Shown piece after piece: positions 40,982-51,436 of a stretch of 64,000 nucleotides of DNA (positions within the stretch are counted from its first letter, which is position 1; every line of letters begins with the position of its first letter). Made by a program: the position numbers and the translations under genes. The notes under the pieces are model-generated. The model was not told where the DNA came from, searched no databases, and worked only from the letters and a program-made list of their open reading frames with translations. Source of the DNA: Candidatus Altimarinota bacterium (lineage in GTDB: Bacteria > Patescibacteriota > Gracilibacteria > CAIRYL01); NCBI GenBank assembly GCA_965250085.1, contig OZ252287.1:576001-640000 (forward strand), in the 5' to 3' direction.

Positions 40982-41314
40982 TTATTTTTTTCCAGATTTT
41001 TTTGAAGGAGTTTTTTTTGGTGCGCTTGCCTGCACCTTTTCAGTAGTTTTGATCCCTGCTGCTTCCATAGCCTTTGCTATTTGAGACTTCTTGTGAGCAG
41101 CGTTATTTTTGTGGATCAGATTTTTTTTTGCAGCCATATCTATGGCTTTTTGTGCTTCAGGAAACGTGCGTTCTGCTTTTTGCTTCTCTCCGCTTTTTGT
41201 CCAAAGAAGAATATTTTTTACCAATGAGCGCATATGGTTTGCTGCTGCACGGTTTCGTTCCGCTTTTTTTCTCTGTTGTCGTACCCGTTTAATGGCAGAT
41301 TTTATAATTGGCAT
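40982..41314 (-). CDS. rpsT: 30S ribosomal protein S20 with basic C-terminal extension
   Basis: MPIIKSAIKRVRQ, IDMAAKKNLIHKNNAA. Confidence 0.93.
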   Translation of the reverse strand: MPIIKSAIKRVRQQRKKAERNRAAANHMRSLVKNILLWTKSGEKQKAERTFPEAQKAIDMAAKKNLIHKNNAAHKKSQIAKAMEAAGIKTTEKVQASAPKKTPSKKSGKK

Positions 41315-41392
41315 CTTGTTATGAAATTAGTAAAAAAACAAAAACGCGCAGGAGATTGTATGGGTCTGCACTGCGTCTGTCAAAGCTTTTTT

Positions 41393-41749
41393 CTAGAGAT
41401 CCAGAGATTCTATCGCTTCTTTGAGACTCTCATGATGTTCTACGAGGTTTGTGAATCCTACAAGGGTCAAAATATCTAAAATATGCTCGTTTCCTTCCGC
41501 GAGCATAAGTTTTTTATTTTTCTCTCTCAATTCAGAATACATCCCTGCAAAGTATCCGATCACCATAGAGTTGATGAATTGTAAGTCACGAATATGCATT
41601 ATATATGTCTCCACTTCTTCTTCTTCAAGAAGAGGGGCGAATTCTTTTTTAAACTCTCCAAGATTTGACTCATCAATCTCCCCTGAGAGATAAATTACTT
41701 TCAAATTATTCTTTTCTGGCACATCAATTTTGGAAACTTGATAACTCAT
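41393..41749 (-). CDS. STAS-domain anti-sigma-factor antagonist
   Basis: LSGEIDESN, LQFINSMVIG, ILTLVGF. Confidence 0.8.
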   Translation of the reverse strand: MSYQVSKIDVPEKNNLKVIYLSGEIDESNLGEFKKEFAPLLEEEEVETYIMHIRDLQFINSMVIGYFAGMYSELREKNKKLMLAEGNEHILDILTLVGFTNLVEHHESLKEAIESLDL

Positions 41750-41797
41750 ATATGGTCAAAAAAAGCGATTACAATGTAGTTGGTTTCCATATATTCG

Positions 41798-42343
41798 TCA
41801 ATTATTTTGGTCTGTATCTTGTGAGTAAAAAGAATTGTCATAAACATTCTGTCCCAGAATTTCACGAGCAACTTCTTCATAACGCTGGAGTATATTGCGA
41901 ATTTTTTTTTGTAGTGTTCCATCGCTAGTGTCTCCTGCATGAGTAAAGATCTCTTTAATAACATCCGTAATTTCTTGAGGATATGAATTATCAGAATATC
42001 CATAAGAAAAGTATCTAAAAATTCTCTCAAGCGCTTCACAACACTGACATTCTTCTTGAGACGATATATGTGCTCCATGCTTGAGGGTCATTTTTGTGTG
42101 TTGCAAAACATTTACATCATCTTCTACAGTGGATGTTCTATTTTCTGTTCCTTCTCCTTCTCGATCATGATTTTCTATATCTCTAAGAAATTCTTGTGGT
42201 GTTTGTCCTCTGTATTGTATCCATTGTTCTGGTGGTGCATTGGGGGCATCTAAAGGTGGTCTGAGTTCTGTTTTCAAATTTCCAAAAAGTTCATGCACCC
42301 ACCTATCAGATGCTATCCAACTACCGGAGCGTTTGTTTACCAT
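41798..42343 (-). CDS. Hypothetical protein
   Basis: 181-aa ORF preceded by a consensus promoter. Confidence 0.6.
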   Translation of the reverse strand: MVNKRSGSWIASDRWVHELFGNLKTELRPPLDAPNAPPEQWIQYRGQTPQEFLRDIENHDREGEGTENRTSTVEDDVNVLQHTKMTLKHGAHISSQEECQCCEALERIFRYFSYGYSDNSYPQEITDVIKEIFTHAGDTSDGTLQKKIRNILQRYEEVAREILGQNVYDNSFYSQDTDQNN

Positions 42344-42363
42344 AGGAAATCATTTATATTCTT

Positions 42364-42391
42364 ATTATAAATATATTTATATATTTGTCAA
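42364..42391 (-). promoter_or_regulatory. Consensus sigma70 promoter for 41798-42343
   Basis: TTGACA-16 bp-TATAAT on the minus strand. Confidence 0.65.
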
Positions 42392-42409
42392 ATATGTTCT
42401 GTAGCTTTT

Positions 42410-44281
42410 TTATGATTTCTTTCTCACAGGTAACTTTTTCAGAAAAAGTGCTTCAAATTCTTTTTGATCCAATGTTTCATTTTTGAGCAACGCTTTTGCT
42501 ACCGTATCCAAAGTTTTTCGATGTTTTTTGAGAATTGTTTCTGCCTTTTTCTCAGCCTTTTTGAGTAGCTTTTGAACCTCAGCATCTACCTTGGCGGCAA
42601 ATTCTTCAGAATATGCCCTATTGGACCCTGCTTCAACTCCAAATACTCCATATTCATTTTCACCAAACTCCATAGGTCCTATCTCACTCATTCCAAATCG
42701 CATCACCATATTACGAGCAATGCTCGTAGCCTGATGAATATCTCCAGAAGTACCAGAAGTAGTATCACCAAAAACAATTTTTTCTGCTATTCGTCCTCCC
42801 ATTGCCATGCACAGGTCTGCAAAATATTTTTTTGAATACTGAGCATATGTCACCTCGTCTGGTGCAGAGTACGTGACTCCAAGTGCTCGTCCACGAGGAA
42901 TAATTGTCACCTTTTTTATGGGATCTCCTTCGGGAATAATATGGGAAATTATGGCATGTCCGGCTTCGTGATAGGCGGTGTTTCTTTTTTCTTCGTCAGT
43001 AAGAATCAGTGATCTTTTTTCTGGTCCTAAAATTGTCTTTTCATGCGCAGAATGTAAATGCTTCATAGAAATTGTTTTTTTATTTTCTCGAGCGGCAAGA
43101 ATAGCGGCTTCATTGAGGAGGTTTTCCAAATCTGCTCCAGAAAACCCTGGGGTAATGCGAGCAATGTCTTTGAGGTTTGCGTTCTTGGCAATTGGCTTTC
43201 CCTTAGAATGGAGCTGCAAAATCTTTGTTCGTGCATCTATTTGTGGCAAATCAATAGTTACTCGACGATCAAATCTCCCGGGACGAAGAAGTGCTTTATC
43301 CAGTACATCAGGTCTGTTGGTCGCCGCCATGACAATTACATTCGTTTGATTATCAAATCCATCCATTTCTGTAAGAATCTGATTGAGTGTTTGTTCCCGT
43401 TCATCATGCCCACCACCAAGGCCTTGTCCACGCTGCTTTCCTACGGCGTCAATCTCGTCAATAAAAATAATTGCTGGAGCATTCTTTTTGGCCTTTTGAA
43501 ACAGATCTCTCACACGACTTGCTCCTACTCCTACAAACATCTCTACAAACTCTGATCCGGAAATAGAAAAAAATGGAACATGTGCTTCTCCTGCTACTGC
43601 ACGTGCCAAGAGAGTTTTTCCAGTTCCAGGAGGTCCAATGAGCAAAACTCCTTTTGGGATCTTTGCTCCCATCTTCGTAAACTTTTTTGGACTTTTAAGA
43701 AATTCAACGACTTCTTCCAATTCTTTTTTCGGTTCATCGCATCCCGCTACATCAGAAAATCGCGTTCTCCCCTGACCTTTATTGAAGAGTTTGTCTTTGG
43801 ATTTTCCAAAAGAAAATGCACCATTAGCTCCCTTAGAAAAGGCTCGCATCATAAAGAAAAATACGAGAATTATTAGGAAAAATGGGATAATGCGAGAAAG
43901 AAGGTCTGCCCAAAATTCTGAAGACTTTGTAGAAATATATTTGACTTCCGTATTCTGATTGATGAGAGGATTGTCAAATCCAAGATCAGAAATACTTTCT
44001 CGAGGATGAATAATCGCGAATATCTTTTTTTCATCTGTTTCCTTGAGAGATGCTTCTGCTTCTTCATTTTTTATTTCAATGCTACTGAGTTTTCCGAGTG
44101 AATACATCGACTGAAGTTCTGAGAGTGGAATTTCTTCTCTCTCAACCTGTTCCGTAAAGATCTCTTCACTAAAAGCAAATGTAATTGCTGTCAGTACAAG
44201 GAGGACAAGAAGAAAGTTTCTCCATGTTTTCTTGGAATTTGGGGCTTTACGTGGCATTCGTGGTGGAAGCGGACCTTGCAT
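42410..44281 (-). CDS. ftsH: ATP-dependent zinc metalloprotease FtsH
   Basis: 2 [20 protein letters not shown] (RPGRFDR), HEAGH. Confidence 0.97.
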   Translation of the reverse strand: MQGPLPPRMPRKAPNSKKTWRNFLLVLLVLTAITFAFSEEIFTEQVEREEIPLSELQSMYSLGKLSSIEIKNEEAEASLKETDEKKIFAIIHPRESISDLGFDNPLINQNTEVKYISTKSSEFWADLLSRIIPFFLIILVFFFMMRAFSKGANGAFSFGKSKDKLFNKGQGRTRFSDVAGCDEPKKELEEVVEFLKSPKKFTKMGAKIPKGVLLIGPPGTGKTLLARAVAGEAHVPFFSISGSEFVEMFVGVGASRVRDLFQKAKKNAPAIIFIDEIDAVGKQRGQGLGGGHDEREQTLNQILTEMDGFDNQTNVIVMAATNRPDVLDKALLRPGRFDRRVTIDLPQIDARTKILQLHSKGKPIAKNANLKDIARITPGFSGADLENLLNEAAILAARENKKTISMKHLHSAHEKTILGPEKRSLILTDEEKRNTAYHEAGHAIISHIIPEGDPIKKVTIIPRGRALGVTYSAPDEVTYAQYSKKYFADLCMAMGGRIAEKIVFGDTTSGTSGDIHQATSIARNMVMRFGMSEIGPMEFGENEYGVFGVEAGSNRAYSEEFAAKVDAEVQKLLKKAEKKAETILKKHRKTLDTVAKALLKNETLDQKEFEALFLKKLPVRKKS

Positions 44282-44356
44282 TGAAGAAGAGAAATGGAAA
44301 AAGCTGATCTATTGTAAGAGACCAAACTTTAAGTTGCAAAAGATTTTCCTGATTTC

Positions 44357-45157
44357 CTAGCTTTTTCCAAGCTTGGTCACATCCCACGACCGAAAAGAAA
44401 TATCCTCAAGTTCCTCATAAGTATCAAATTCCTGATGATCAAAAACATGTATTTTGAAAAAATTATATTTTTGTTGGAGTGCAGAATTCTCTTGGGCAAA
44501 TTGACGAAATACGTTCCCGTGCATTCTATAGAGGAGCAAACTTTCAGCGAAATCCTCAAAAGGATCTGTCATAGCATATCCTCCTACAAAATCTTGAGCT
44601 GTTATTCCCTCTTTTATCTGAGATTCATTTTCCCAAGAAATGCGATAAAATTGGAAACTAAGGTCATTTTTAAAAATCGGAAGATGTCCATCTTTAAATT
44701 CACTTTTTTCTGCTCTTGGGTCACCCCTGAGTCCTCCCAAGTCAATTACATGAGCAAATTCATGAAGCAGAAGTGTTTCGATTTCAGGCTTTGAAAACAC
44801 ATCACTTCTCAGTTTTAAGATGGAACGACCAGAAAGTGCTCGTGGCATATTCGGATCTTCAATAACTTCTATGGTTTTGAGACTTTGCAAAAGATTACAG
44901 GGGAATTTTTGTAAAGCAGCTTCAAAAACATGAGTATACACATCGTCTTTCCAAGGATACCCAGCAGGAATATGACATTCAAGATCGTCTGTAGCCTTAG
45001 ATGGTGATGCCTTTTGGAACGAAGAAATCCTGTGAGAAGCAATTGATGTTGATATTTCTTCTCCTGCACTGGAAAATTGTCGCTCTTCCTCAGATAAGGC
45101 TTCAGGGAAAACGAAGAAAAGCAAAACGCTGATAAAGAGAGAAAAGAAGTGCTTCAT
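44357..45157 (-). CDS. Secreted putative zinc metallopeptidase
   Basis: Signal peptide; HEFAH plus YAMTDPFEDFAES. Confidence 0.7.
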   Translation of the reverse strand: MKHFFSLFISVLLFFVFPEALSEEERQFSSAGEEISTSIASHRISSFQKASPSKATDDLECHIPAGYPWKDDVYTHVFEAALQKFPCNLLQSLKTIEVIEDPNMPRALSGRSILKLRSDVFSKPEIETLLLHEFAHVIDLGGLRGDPRAEKSEFKDGHLPIFKNDLSFQFYRISWENESQIKEGITAQDFVGGYAMTDPFEDFAESLLLYRMHGNVFRQFAQENSALQQKYNFFKIHVFDHQEFDTYEELEDISFRSWDVTKLGKS

Positions 45158-45267
45158 AATATGCTGTCCTTGATACTTAGAGAGAGAAAGAAAAAAAGCA
45201 AGGGGATGATAATTTCATATTTTTATATATCTGTCAAGTAGACATCGTGTATTTTCTCAGAAACAAT

Positions 45268-46353
45268 ATGTACATGGATTTACATGCTATGCATCGTGCC
45301 ACAAAACTTGCCATCAGAGGAATCGGATACACAAAGTCCAATCCTTTGGTAGGGTGTGTTCTTAAGAAGAATAAAAAAATTATTGGCGAGGGTTGGCATG
45401 AGCAATTTGGAACGTCTCACGCGGAAATAAATGCTCTTCAAAATGCGGAAAAGAAAGGACACTCTGCTAAAAATTCTGAAGTCTTTCTCACTTTAGAACC
45501 ATGTTTTCATACCGGTAAAACTCCTCCTTGTGTTGATGTGCTCATAAAAAAACAGGTGAAGTCTGTTCATGTTCTTTTTTCAGACCCAAATCCAGAAACA
45601 CAGGGGAATTCACTTCAGAAACTACAAGAACACGGAATTGAAGTTTTTGAGAACTACGATCACCTGAATCGGCAATATGAATATATCTATGAAGATTTTT
45701 TCCACTGGATCACACAAAAAAAACCATTTATGACCCTGAAGATGGCACTGGATACTGGAGGATATATTTCTGATGGAAGCAACGAGAAGCTTTGTATCAC
45801 TGGAAAAGAAGCAAAGAAGTATACTCATTTTTTGAGACAAAAACACGAAGCCGTTCTCGTTGGAGTCCAAACCATCTGCACCGACAATCCTCATTTGGGT
45901 GTCCGACATGGAGATTTTTATCAAGGGTACAGAGATCCACTCAGAATTATTTTTGATCCGCACTGCAGATCTCCTCAAGACGCAACTGTGTTTCGGGATG
46001 AAAACTTTCTCATCATAGTAGCACCAGAGTCAGAGCAGAAGGCACAAAGAATATTTGGGAAAAGGATTCACACTCTTCCACTGTTGGAAAATAATATGTT
46101 TGACTTACCTCAATTTCAAAAAGATATGTGGGGTCTTAAAATTCCCAGTATTTTGGTAGAAGGAGGCAAAAAAACAAATAGAGAATTTCTGAAACAAAAA
46201 TGTGTCAATAAAGGGGTGCTCTACGTTTCTCCAAAAACCCTTGTAAAAGAAGGGCTCAAAGGAATTGATTTTCGAGATACTCCCGAGTTTGAACAACAAC
46301 GAACTGAAAAATTGAGCGAAGATACTCTTTTTGAAGGAAGATTCATATTCTAG
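45268..46353 (+). CDS. ribD: Riboflavin biosynthesis deaminase/reductase
   Basis: NPLVGCV, HAEINAL, TLEPCFHTGKTPPC, DNPHL, SILVEGG. Confidence 0.93.
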   Translation: MYMDLHAMHRATKLAIRGIGYTKSNPLVGCVLKKNKKIIGEGWHEQFGTSHAEINALQNAEKKGHSAKNSEVFLTLEPCFHTGKTPPCVDVLIKKQVKSVHVLFSDPNPETQGNSLQKLQEHGIEVFENYDHLNRQYEYIYEDFFHWITQKKPFMTLKMALDTGGYISDGSNEKLCITGKEAKKYTHFLRQKHEAVLVGVQTICTDNPHLGVRHGDFYQGYRDPLRIIFDPHCRSPQDATVFRDENFLIIVAPESEQKAQRIFGKRIHTLPLLENNMFDLPQFQKDMWGLKIPSILVEGGKKTNREFLKQKCVNKGVLYVSPKTLVKEGLKGIDFRDTPEFEQQRTEKLSEDTLFEGRFIF

Positions 46354-46460
46354 CGCCTCCCTTGAAAAGGGAGATTGGGTGGATTTAATAAACCTCTTTT
46401 AATTTCCCCTTTCCCCATCCGATTCTGATACTCATGGACAGAAACAGACGCGCGCTAGCG
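46350..46460. repeat. REP-like palindrome cluster 2
   Basis: CTCCCTTGAAAAGGGGAG...GGATTT and GCGCGCTAGCG, related to the cluster at 38146. Confidence 0.5.
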
Positions 46461-46486
46461 AAAAAAGAATAAAGAAAAGAGAAAAA

Positions 46487-47533
46487 TCAATTCTCAATAT
46501 CCCCCCTTACCGCGGCACGAACCCGCGTGTACTCATACTGAAGATCCAAAATAACACTGTCGAGATAAACATAGCGAAGATCAGATCTCCAGGCACCATC
46601 GGCAACTTGGTCCCATCTGTGTATTTCAGGAAGCAAGGTGTATGTTTCTGCATCAACAGGTTCCCCATTTTTCATCTTTCGCATCTGTAAAAGAATATAG
46701 TCAGCATACTCAAGTCCACTCATGTTCTTAGGACCAAAATGAGCCCTAAAGCTCTCAATACGCTCTCTGTTCGTGGGAACATACTCTTCATCATTTCTTT
46801 TCCATGTCCTTTCATTCCACTCACCTTGATCAGTCATTTCTGTGGCTCCGTCTGTGATGCAAAACCGCCATTTGAGTACCTTCCCGATTTTAAAACGCTG
46901 CACATCTTCTTGTGGGAGTTCTGATTTTTTGATCCTGTCTGCTTCCAAGGCAAATGATTTTTCTGGAAAATCAAGAAACGCAGCTTCATTCGCATTGCTT
47001 GGTTCTCTGCAAGCAGGAGAATTGATTGCTTGCTTAAAACGAGAAAGATTTGCCACAGGTACGAGCTGCAATGTAGGTTCTCTGAAATTTCGTATCTCTT
47101 CCCATTGAACTGAGGTTACAGAAGCAAGTACTGCCCTCTTCACCGCATCAACATCTGGAAGAGGTATGTCCCCTAACTCTGAGTCTACTTCAAACATTTG
47201 CGCTGTAGATAATGCCTCAGAATACTGTTGATCCACAAATGTCGACGGCTCTTCTAAGCCAGATGGTGTGTCTTGAGCATATTCGACTTTCAGATTCAAA
47301 TTTCGAATTGCGCTGGAAACTCCTATTTGAATCACTTTAAAAGCTTCCCCTTTCATAAACTGCATCACTTCCTCTGGAATTTGATCTTCAGGAGTTCCAA
47401 AGTTTTTATAAATATCGGTGAGACCCTCTCTTAACTGATTCTCATCAGAAGCAGAGGAAAGGAGCCTCTCAATTTCGCTTTTAAGGTCAGGATGACTCTC
47501 TCTAATAGGTTTTTCAGAAGATACTTCTGTCAT
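46487..47533 (-). CDS. Hypothetical protein with CLec-like (DGR-target-like) C-terminus
   Basis: C-terminus VADGAWRSDLRYVYLDSVILDLQYEYTRVRAAVRG; fold is inference. Confidence 0.65.
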   Translation of the reverse strand: MTEVSSEKPIRESHPDLKSEIERLLSSASDENQLREGLTDIYKNFGTPEDQIPEEVMQFMKGEAFKVIQIGVSSAIRNLNLKVEYAQDTPSGLEEPSTFVDQQYSEALSTAQMFEVDSELGDIPLPDVDAVKRAVLASVTSVQWEEIRNFREPTLQLVPVANLSRFKQAINSPACREPSNANEAAFLDFPEKSFALEADRIKKSELPQEDVQRFKIGKVLKWRFCITDGATEMTDQGEWNERTWKRNDEEYVPTNRERIESFRAHFGPKNMSGLEYADYILLQMRKMKNGEPVDAETYTLLPEIHRWDQVADGAWRSDLRYVYLDSVILDLQYEYTRVRAAVRGDIEN

Positions 47534-47551
47534 GTGTAAATAGAATTATAT

Positions 47552-48593
47552 CCTCAATTCGAGTTTGAAGTGCACCACCTCGGAAGAATTTAATACTCTA
47601 GGTGCATGAACAACTATGAACACTTCAGTAAGAGCGAGAGACAAGAACTCTTAATACTCCACTCCAAAGGGTATTCGATGAGATCGATAGCCAAAGCGAT
47701 GAACAGGAGTCACTCTACAATCATCAGAGAGCTCAAGCGGAAGATGAAGAGAGGAGGATACGATGCGTGTAAGGCTCATCAAAAAGCACAGAACAAAAGA
47801 AGATTTAGTAAATACCAAGGAATGAAGGTACGTGAGGATGATGAGATAGAGAAGTATATGCGAGAAAAGATGTTGTTAAAATGGTCACCAGAGAAGATTG
47901 CAGGAGTACTGTACTTGGAGAAGAGAGTTCGTATTGGGAAAGATGCCATCTATACATATCTCTACAGTGCACACGGACAAGACCTATGTCCTCTTCTTTA
48001 TCGCAAGAGATATAGGAAGCGTAAACGGAGAAAGAAGAAATCAAAGCATGAAATCATCAAAGATAGAGTGTTTATTGCCCAAAGACCTCAGCATATCAAC
48101 CAGAAGAAAAGATTTGGACACTACGAAGGAGATACCATGGGCAGACCCAAGAAAGCTTCCCCACAAACTCTTGTCATCGTTAGAGAACGACTCTCTCGTA
48201 AAATATTCGTGAAGAAGGTGTCTCGGCTCAGAGAATCCATGCAGGGATTTGGAGACATTCTGCACCAACTCCCTGCATACTCACTTACCTTGGACAACGG
48301 TGTAGAAAACACAAGATATAAAGACTTAAGAATCCCTATTTATTTTTGTGACCCCTACTCTTCTTGGCAAAAAGGCTCTGTAGAAAACGCCATTGGAAAA
48401 CTTAGAAAATTTGTCCCTAAGAAAGCTGACCTCAAGAATTTCTCTCAAAACCAGTTACAATCCTTTGTTGATACTCTTAACAACACTCCCATGAAAGTTC
48501 TCGGCTTTAGAACTCCCACCCATGTCTTTGACTTCTATAACAATCTCTAATATCTTTTTATCCCAAGTGGTGCACTTCACCACAGAATGCGGG
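47552..48593 (+). mobile_element. IS30-family insertion sequence, copy 2 (1042 bp, TSD TAT)
   Basis: Same ends and transposase as copy 1; TAT at 47549-47551 and 48594-48596. Confidence 0.93.
47606..48550 (+). CDS. IS30-family transposase
   Basis: Protein identical to 22662-23606. Confidence 0.95.
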   Translation: MNNYEHFSKSERQELLILHSKGYSMRSIAKAMNRSHSTIIRELKRKMKRGGYDACKAHQKAQNKRRFSKYQGMKVREDDEIEKYMREKMLLKWSPEKIAGVLYLEKRVRIGKDAIYTYLYSAHGQDLCPLLYRKRYRKRKRRKKKSKHEIIKDRVFIAQRPQHINQKKRFGHYEGDTMGRPKKASPQTLVIVRERLSRKIFVKKVSRLRESMQGFGDILHQLPAYSLTLDNGVENTRYKDLRIPIYFCDPYSSWQKGSVENAIGKLRKFVPKKADLKNFSQNQLQSFVDTLNNTPMKVLGFRTPTHVFDFYNNL

Positions 48594-48757
48594 TATCCAA
48601 AAAGGCGATTATAATACGCGCTTATGTTTATTTGTCAAGAAAAATTTTGACAAAATACTCCAGAACAGGGGATTAACCTTATGAAAAACAATTTACAAAG
48701 AATCTTTTTTGAGCTACACTTCCCTCCTTCATTCACGCATATTGCACACATAATAAT

Positions 48758-49564
48758 ATGAAGCAACTCATCACTCTTTTTGGCATTCTCAGTATCTTGT
48801 TTGCCAACACCGCGTATGCAGAAAATATTCAGCTTACTCCAAGCATAGAGCAATATACCGAATCTATTGATATGGATGATCTGCTGGCATCAGAAACAAA
48901 AATACTTGTCCTCGATTCCTCCAAAAATGCATATGATGAATATGCATTTACCAGAGAAGAAATTGCCTTTCTTCAAGATCAAGGAAAGGTGGTATTGGCC
49001 TCTCTTACTCTTACCGAAGCAGAGATTTGGAGATTTTATTGGAATGATCAGTGGGAAGTGGCCTCTCTCAGTGTTCCCTGCTATGAAACCTACATTCGAA
49101 AAACACGAAATATCTTTGATTGGAGGCGATGTAACACAGATCTTCAAAAACCCCAGTGGTTAGGCCCTCAAAATCCAAGAAATGGAAAATATCGAGTGCG
49201 ATATTGGCAGCAAGACTGGTTTGAAGATGCTCTGCTTCCCTCTCTCGAACGCATTGCTTCCGCTGGATTTGATGGTGTGTATTTGGAAACAAATGAAGAT
49301 ATTGGATTTTGGAAGAGCTCCACAGGAAACTCAAAGTATTCCGTCACGTTTTTGACAGATCAAATGATGAGGCTTGTCTCTAGAATAAAAAATAATGGCA
49401 TGCAGTTTTCAGGTCAGAATGAATTTTTTGTAACAATTGATATTGCTGACTTCCTCTTGAATCGAAATAAAAAGGGAAAGAAGTATCGCCACAATGAAAA
49501 TTTTTACTTTGCAGAAAATATCGATACATTTGCAGAAATTCTGGAAAAACATTTTGACTCCTAA
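48758..49564 (+). CDS. Secreted GH114 / MJ1477-TM1410-like glycoside hydrolase (divergent)
   Basis: EAEIWRFYW, YRVRYWQQDW, RIASAGFDGVYLE. Confidence 0.7.
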   Translation: MKQLITLFGILSILFANTAYAENIQLTPSIEQYTESIDMDDLLASETKILVLDSSKNAYDEYAFTREEIAFLQDQGKVVLASLTLTEAEIWRFYWNDQWEVASLSVPCYETYIRKTRNIFDWRRCNTDLQKPQWLGPQNPRNGKYRVRYWQQDWFEDALLPSLERIASAGFDGVYLETNEDIGFWKSSTGNSKYSVTFLTDQMMRLVSRIKNNGMQFSGQNEFFVTIDIADFLLNRNKKGKKYRHNENFYFAENIDTFAEILEKHFDS

Positions 49565-49722
49565 CCTTTGAGATTTTACAATTACTTCCGAAATGAAGAT
49601 TCTTTCATCCATTCAGGCGCCATATTATTTTTTCTTTGAATAGTCTCCAAGGAAAGTGCTCGCATATCACATTTACTAAAAAGCGCTTTCCTCATGAGGG
49701 TGTTATTTTTTTATATACCTCT

Positions 49723-51429
49723 ATGAAACATTGCACAGTTGGCATTATCGGTGGAAAAGGGAAAATGGGGCAATTTTTTGCCAGATTTTTTGAACACAAT
49801 GGATGCCAAGTTCTCATTTCTGATAAACGAACAAAACTCACAAATACACAAGTGGCGAGAAAGTCTGACATTGTAATCATTTCTGTCCCCATGGACAAAG
49901 TAGAGCACGTCATAGAAGAAGTAGGTCCTCATATGAAAAAAAGGGATTTGCTCATGGATGTAAATTCTATAAAGGAACCAGTACTCAAAAAGATGCTTGA
50001 ATGCTCAAAGAGTGCCGTACTGGGATGTCATCCACTTTTTGGACCAACAAATGTACTCCAAGGACAGGTTTGTGTGTTTTGTTCAGGGAGAGGTAAAAAG
50101 TGGGAAACTCTTATGAAGGACCTCTTTGAACAAAATGGTGCAGAAGTTCGATTTTTGAAAGCTCGTGAACATGATGAGCTTATGACTATTGTGCAGGGCC
50201 TTATGCACTTTTTGGATATTGCCGCTACAAAAACGCTACAAAGTACTCGGGTTCCTATCAAAAAATACTTTGATTTTCGCTCTCCTTCATATCGTCTGAA
50301 GCTTGATCTTATGGGTCGCACACTTTTTCAAGATGCAAATCTTTATGGCAATATTCAAATGCAAAACCCTCAAACAGTAGCAGTTCTCAAAAAGTTTTTT
50401 CACAATGCACACGAACTTCTCAGTATTATTGAAGAAAATAATATGAAGGAATTTCAAAAATATTGGACTGAATGCCAGAAGTACCTAGGGGATATGGCTG
50501 AGGTGTGTCAGGCTGAGTCAGATGAGATTATTGACTTTCTTTCTGCTGCATCTGCTTCACATGACGACACGTGGATCCAAGACGAACGAGTAGGTAATCT
50601 TGGGGTTTTGGGTCCGGAAAATACATTTTCTCATCTGGCAGCACAAAAATTTTTTCCAAAAGAAAAATCACTGGTGTTTTTTCGAACAATTCCAGAAATG
50701 TTTTTGACCTTTGAAAAAAAGAAAGTGCAAAATGTATTTCTCCCTGTAGAAAATAAGATACACGGAACTGTAGGAGAAACATTGGATGGACTTTTTGAGT
50801 CATCCGGGAAAATTCAAGCCATGTTTTCACTTCCAATTCACCTTACACTCGCCGGACTACATGGGAGTAAGCTCAAAAAAATTCAAAAAATATCCTCTCA
50901 TCCCCAAGCACTGGCCCAGTGCTCTGATGTGCTTAAAAAAATACTTCCGCATGCGGAGCTTGTCCCCGCGTCTTCAACTGCGATTGCTCTCCATGAGATT
51001 CTTAAAAAATCAGACCCATGTCATGCAGTAATTTGTGCTACCCAAGCAGCACAAAACATGGGACTAAATATTCTTGCCACAGATATTTCAAATACTCAGG
51101 AAAATGAGACGCGTTTTATTCTTCTCTCGCATGAAAAAGATAAAATTCTCTCGGCATCATCAAAATTTCAAAGCTCCGTTGTGTTCTACTTTGACCATGA
51201 CTCTCCCGGATCATTGGCTTCTGTGCTCAGCGACTTTTCAGGAGCAAATATTAACCTTACTAAAATAGAATCAAGGCCAGCAGGAAGAAATTTTGGAGAA
51301 TACTTATTCTTCCTCGACTTTGAAGGAAAAATCTACAATGACGCTGTTCAGGAAGTCCTCACAAAAGTAGAACACAAAGTAGCAATGCTCAAGGTTTTGG
51401 GATCGTATCCATTAATTTCGAAGGCATAA
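49723..51429 (+). CDS. Prephenate dehydrogenase / prephenate dehydratase-ACT fusion (TyrA-PheA)
   Basis: GIIGGKGKMG, DVNSIK, GCHPLFGP, EHDELM; then LGPENTFSH, PVENKIHG, SHPQALAQC, NETRF, NLTKIESRP. Confidence 0.9.
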   Translation: MKHCTVGIIGGKGKMGQFFARFFEHNGCQVLISDKRTKLTNTQVARKSDIVIISVPMDKVEHVIEEVGPHMKKRDLLMDVNSIKEPVLKKMLECSKSAVLGCHPLFGPTNVLQGQVCVFCSGRGKKWETLMKDLFEQNGAEVRFLKAREHDELMTIVQGLMHFLDIAATKTLQSTRVPIKKYFDFRSPSYRLKLDLMGRTLFQDANLYGNIQMQNPQTVAVLKKFFHNAHELLSIIEENNMKEFQKYWTECQKYLGDMAEVCQAESDEIIDFLSAASASHDDTWIQDERVGNLGVLGPENTFSHLAAQKFFPKEKSLVFFRTIPEMFLTFEKKKVQNVFLPVENKIHGTVGETLDGLFESSGKIQAMFSLPIHLTLAGLHGSKLKKIQKISSHPQALAQCSDVLKKILPHAELVPASSTAIALHEILKKSDPCHAVICATQAAQNMGLNILATDISNTQENETRFILLSHEKDKILSASSKFQSSVVFYFDHDSPGSLASVLSDFSGANINLTKIESRPAGRNFGEYLFFLDFEGKIYNDAVQEVLTKVEHKVAMLKVLGSYPLISKA

Positions 51430-51436
51430 AAATATA

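Noticed and set aside
22619-48593. Composite transposon bounded by the two IS30 copies
   Set aside because: Each copy has its own distinct TSD, and the interval holds core genes.
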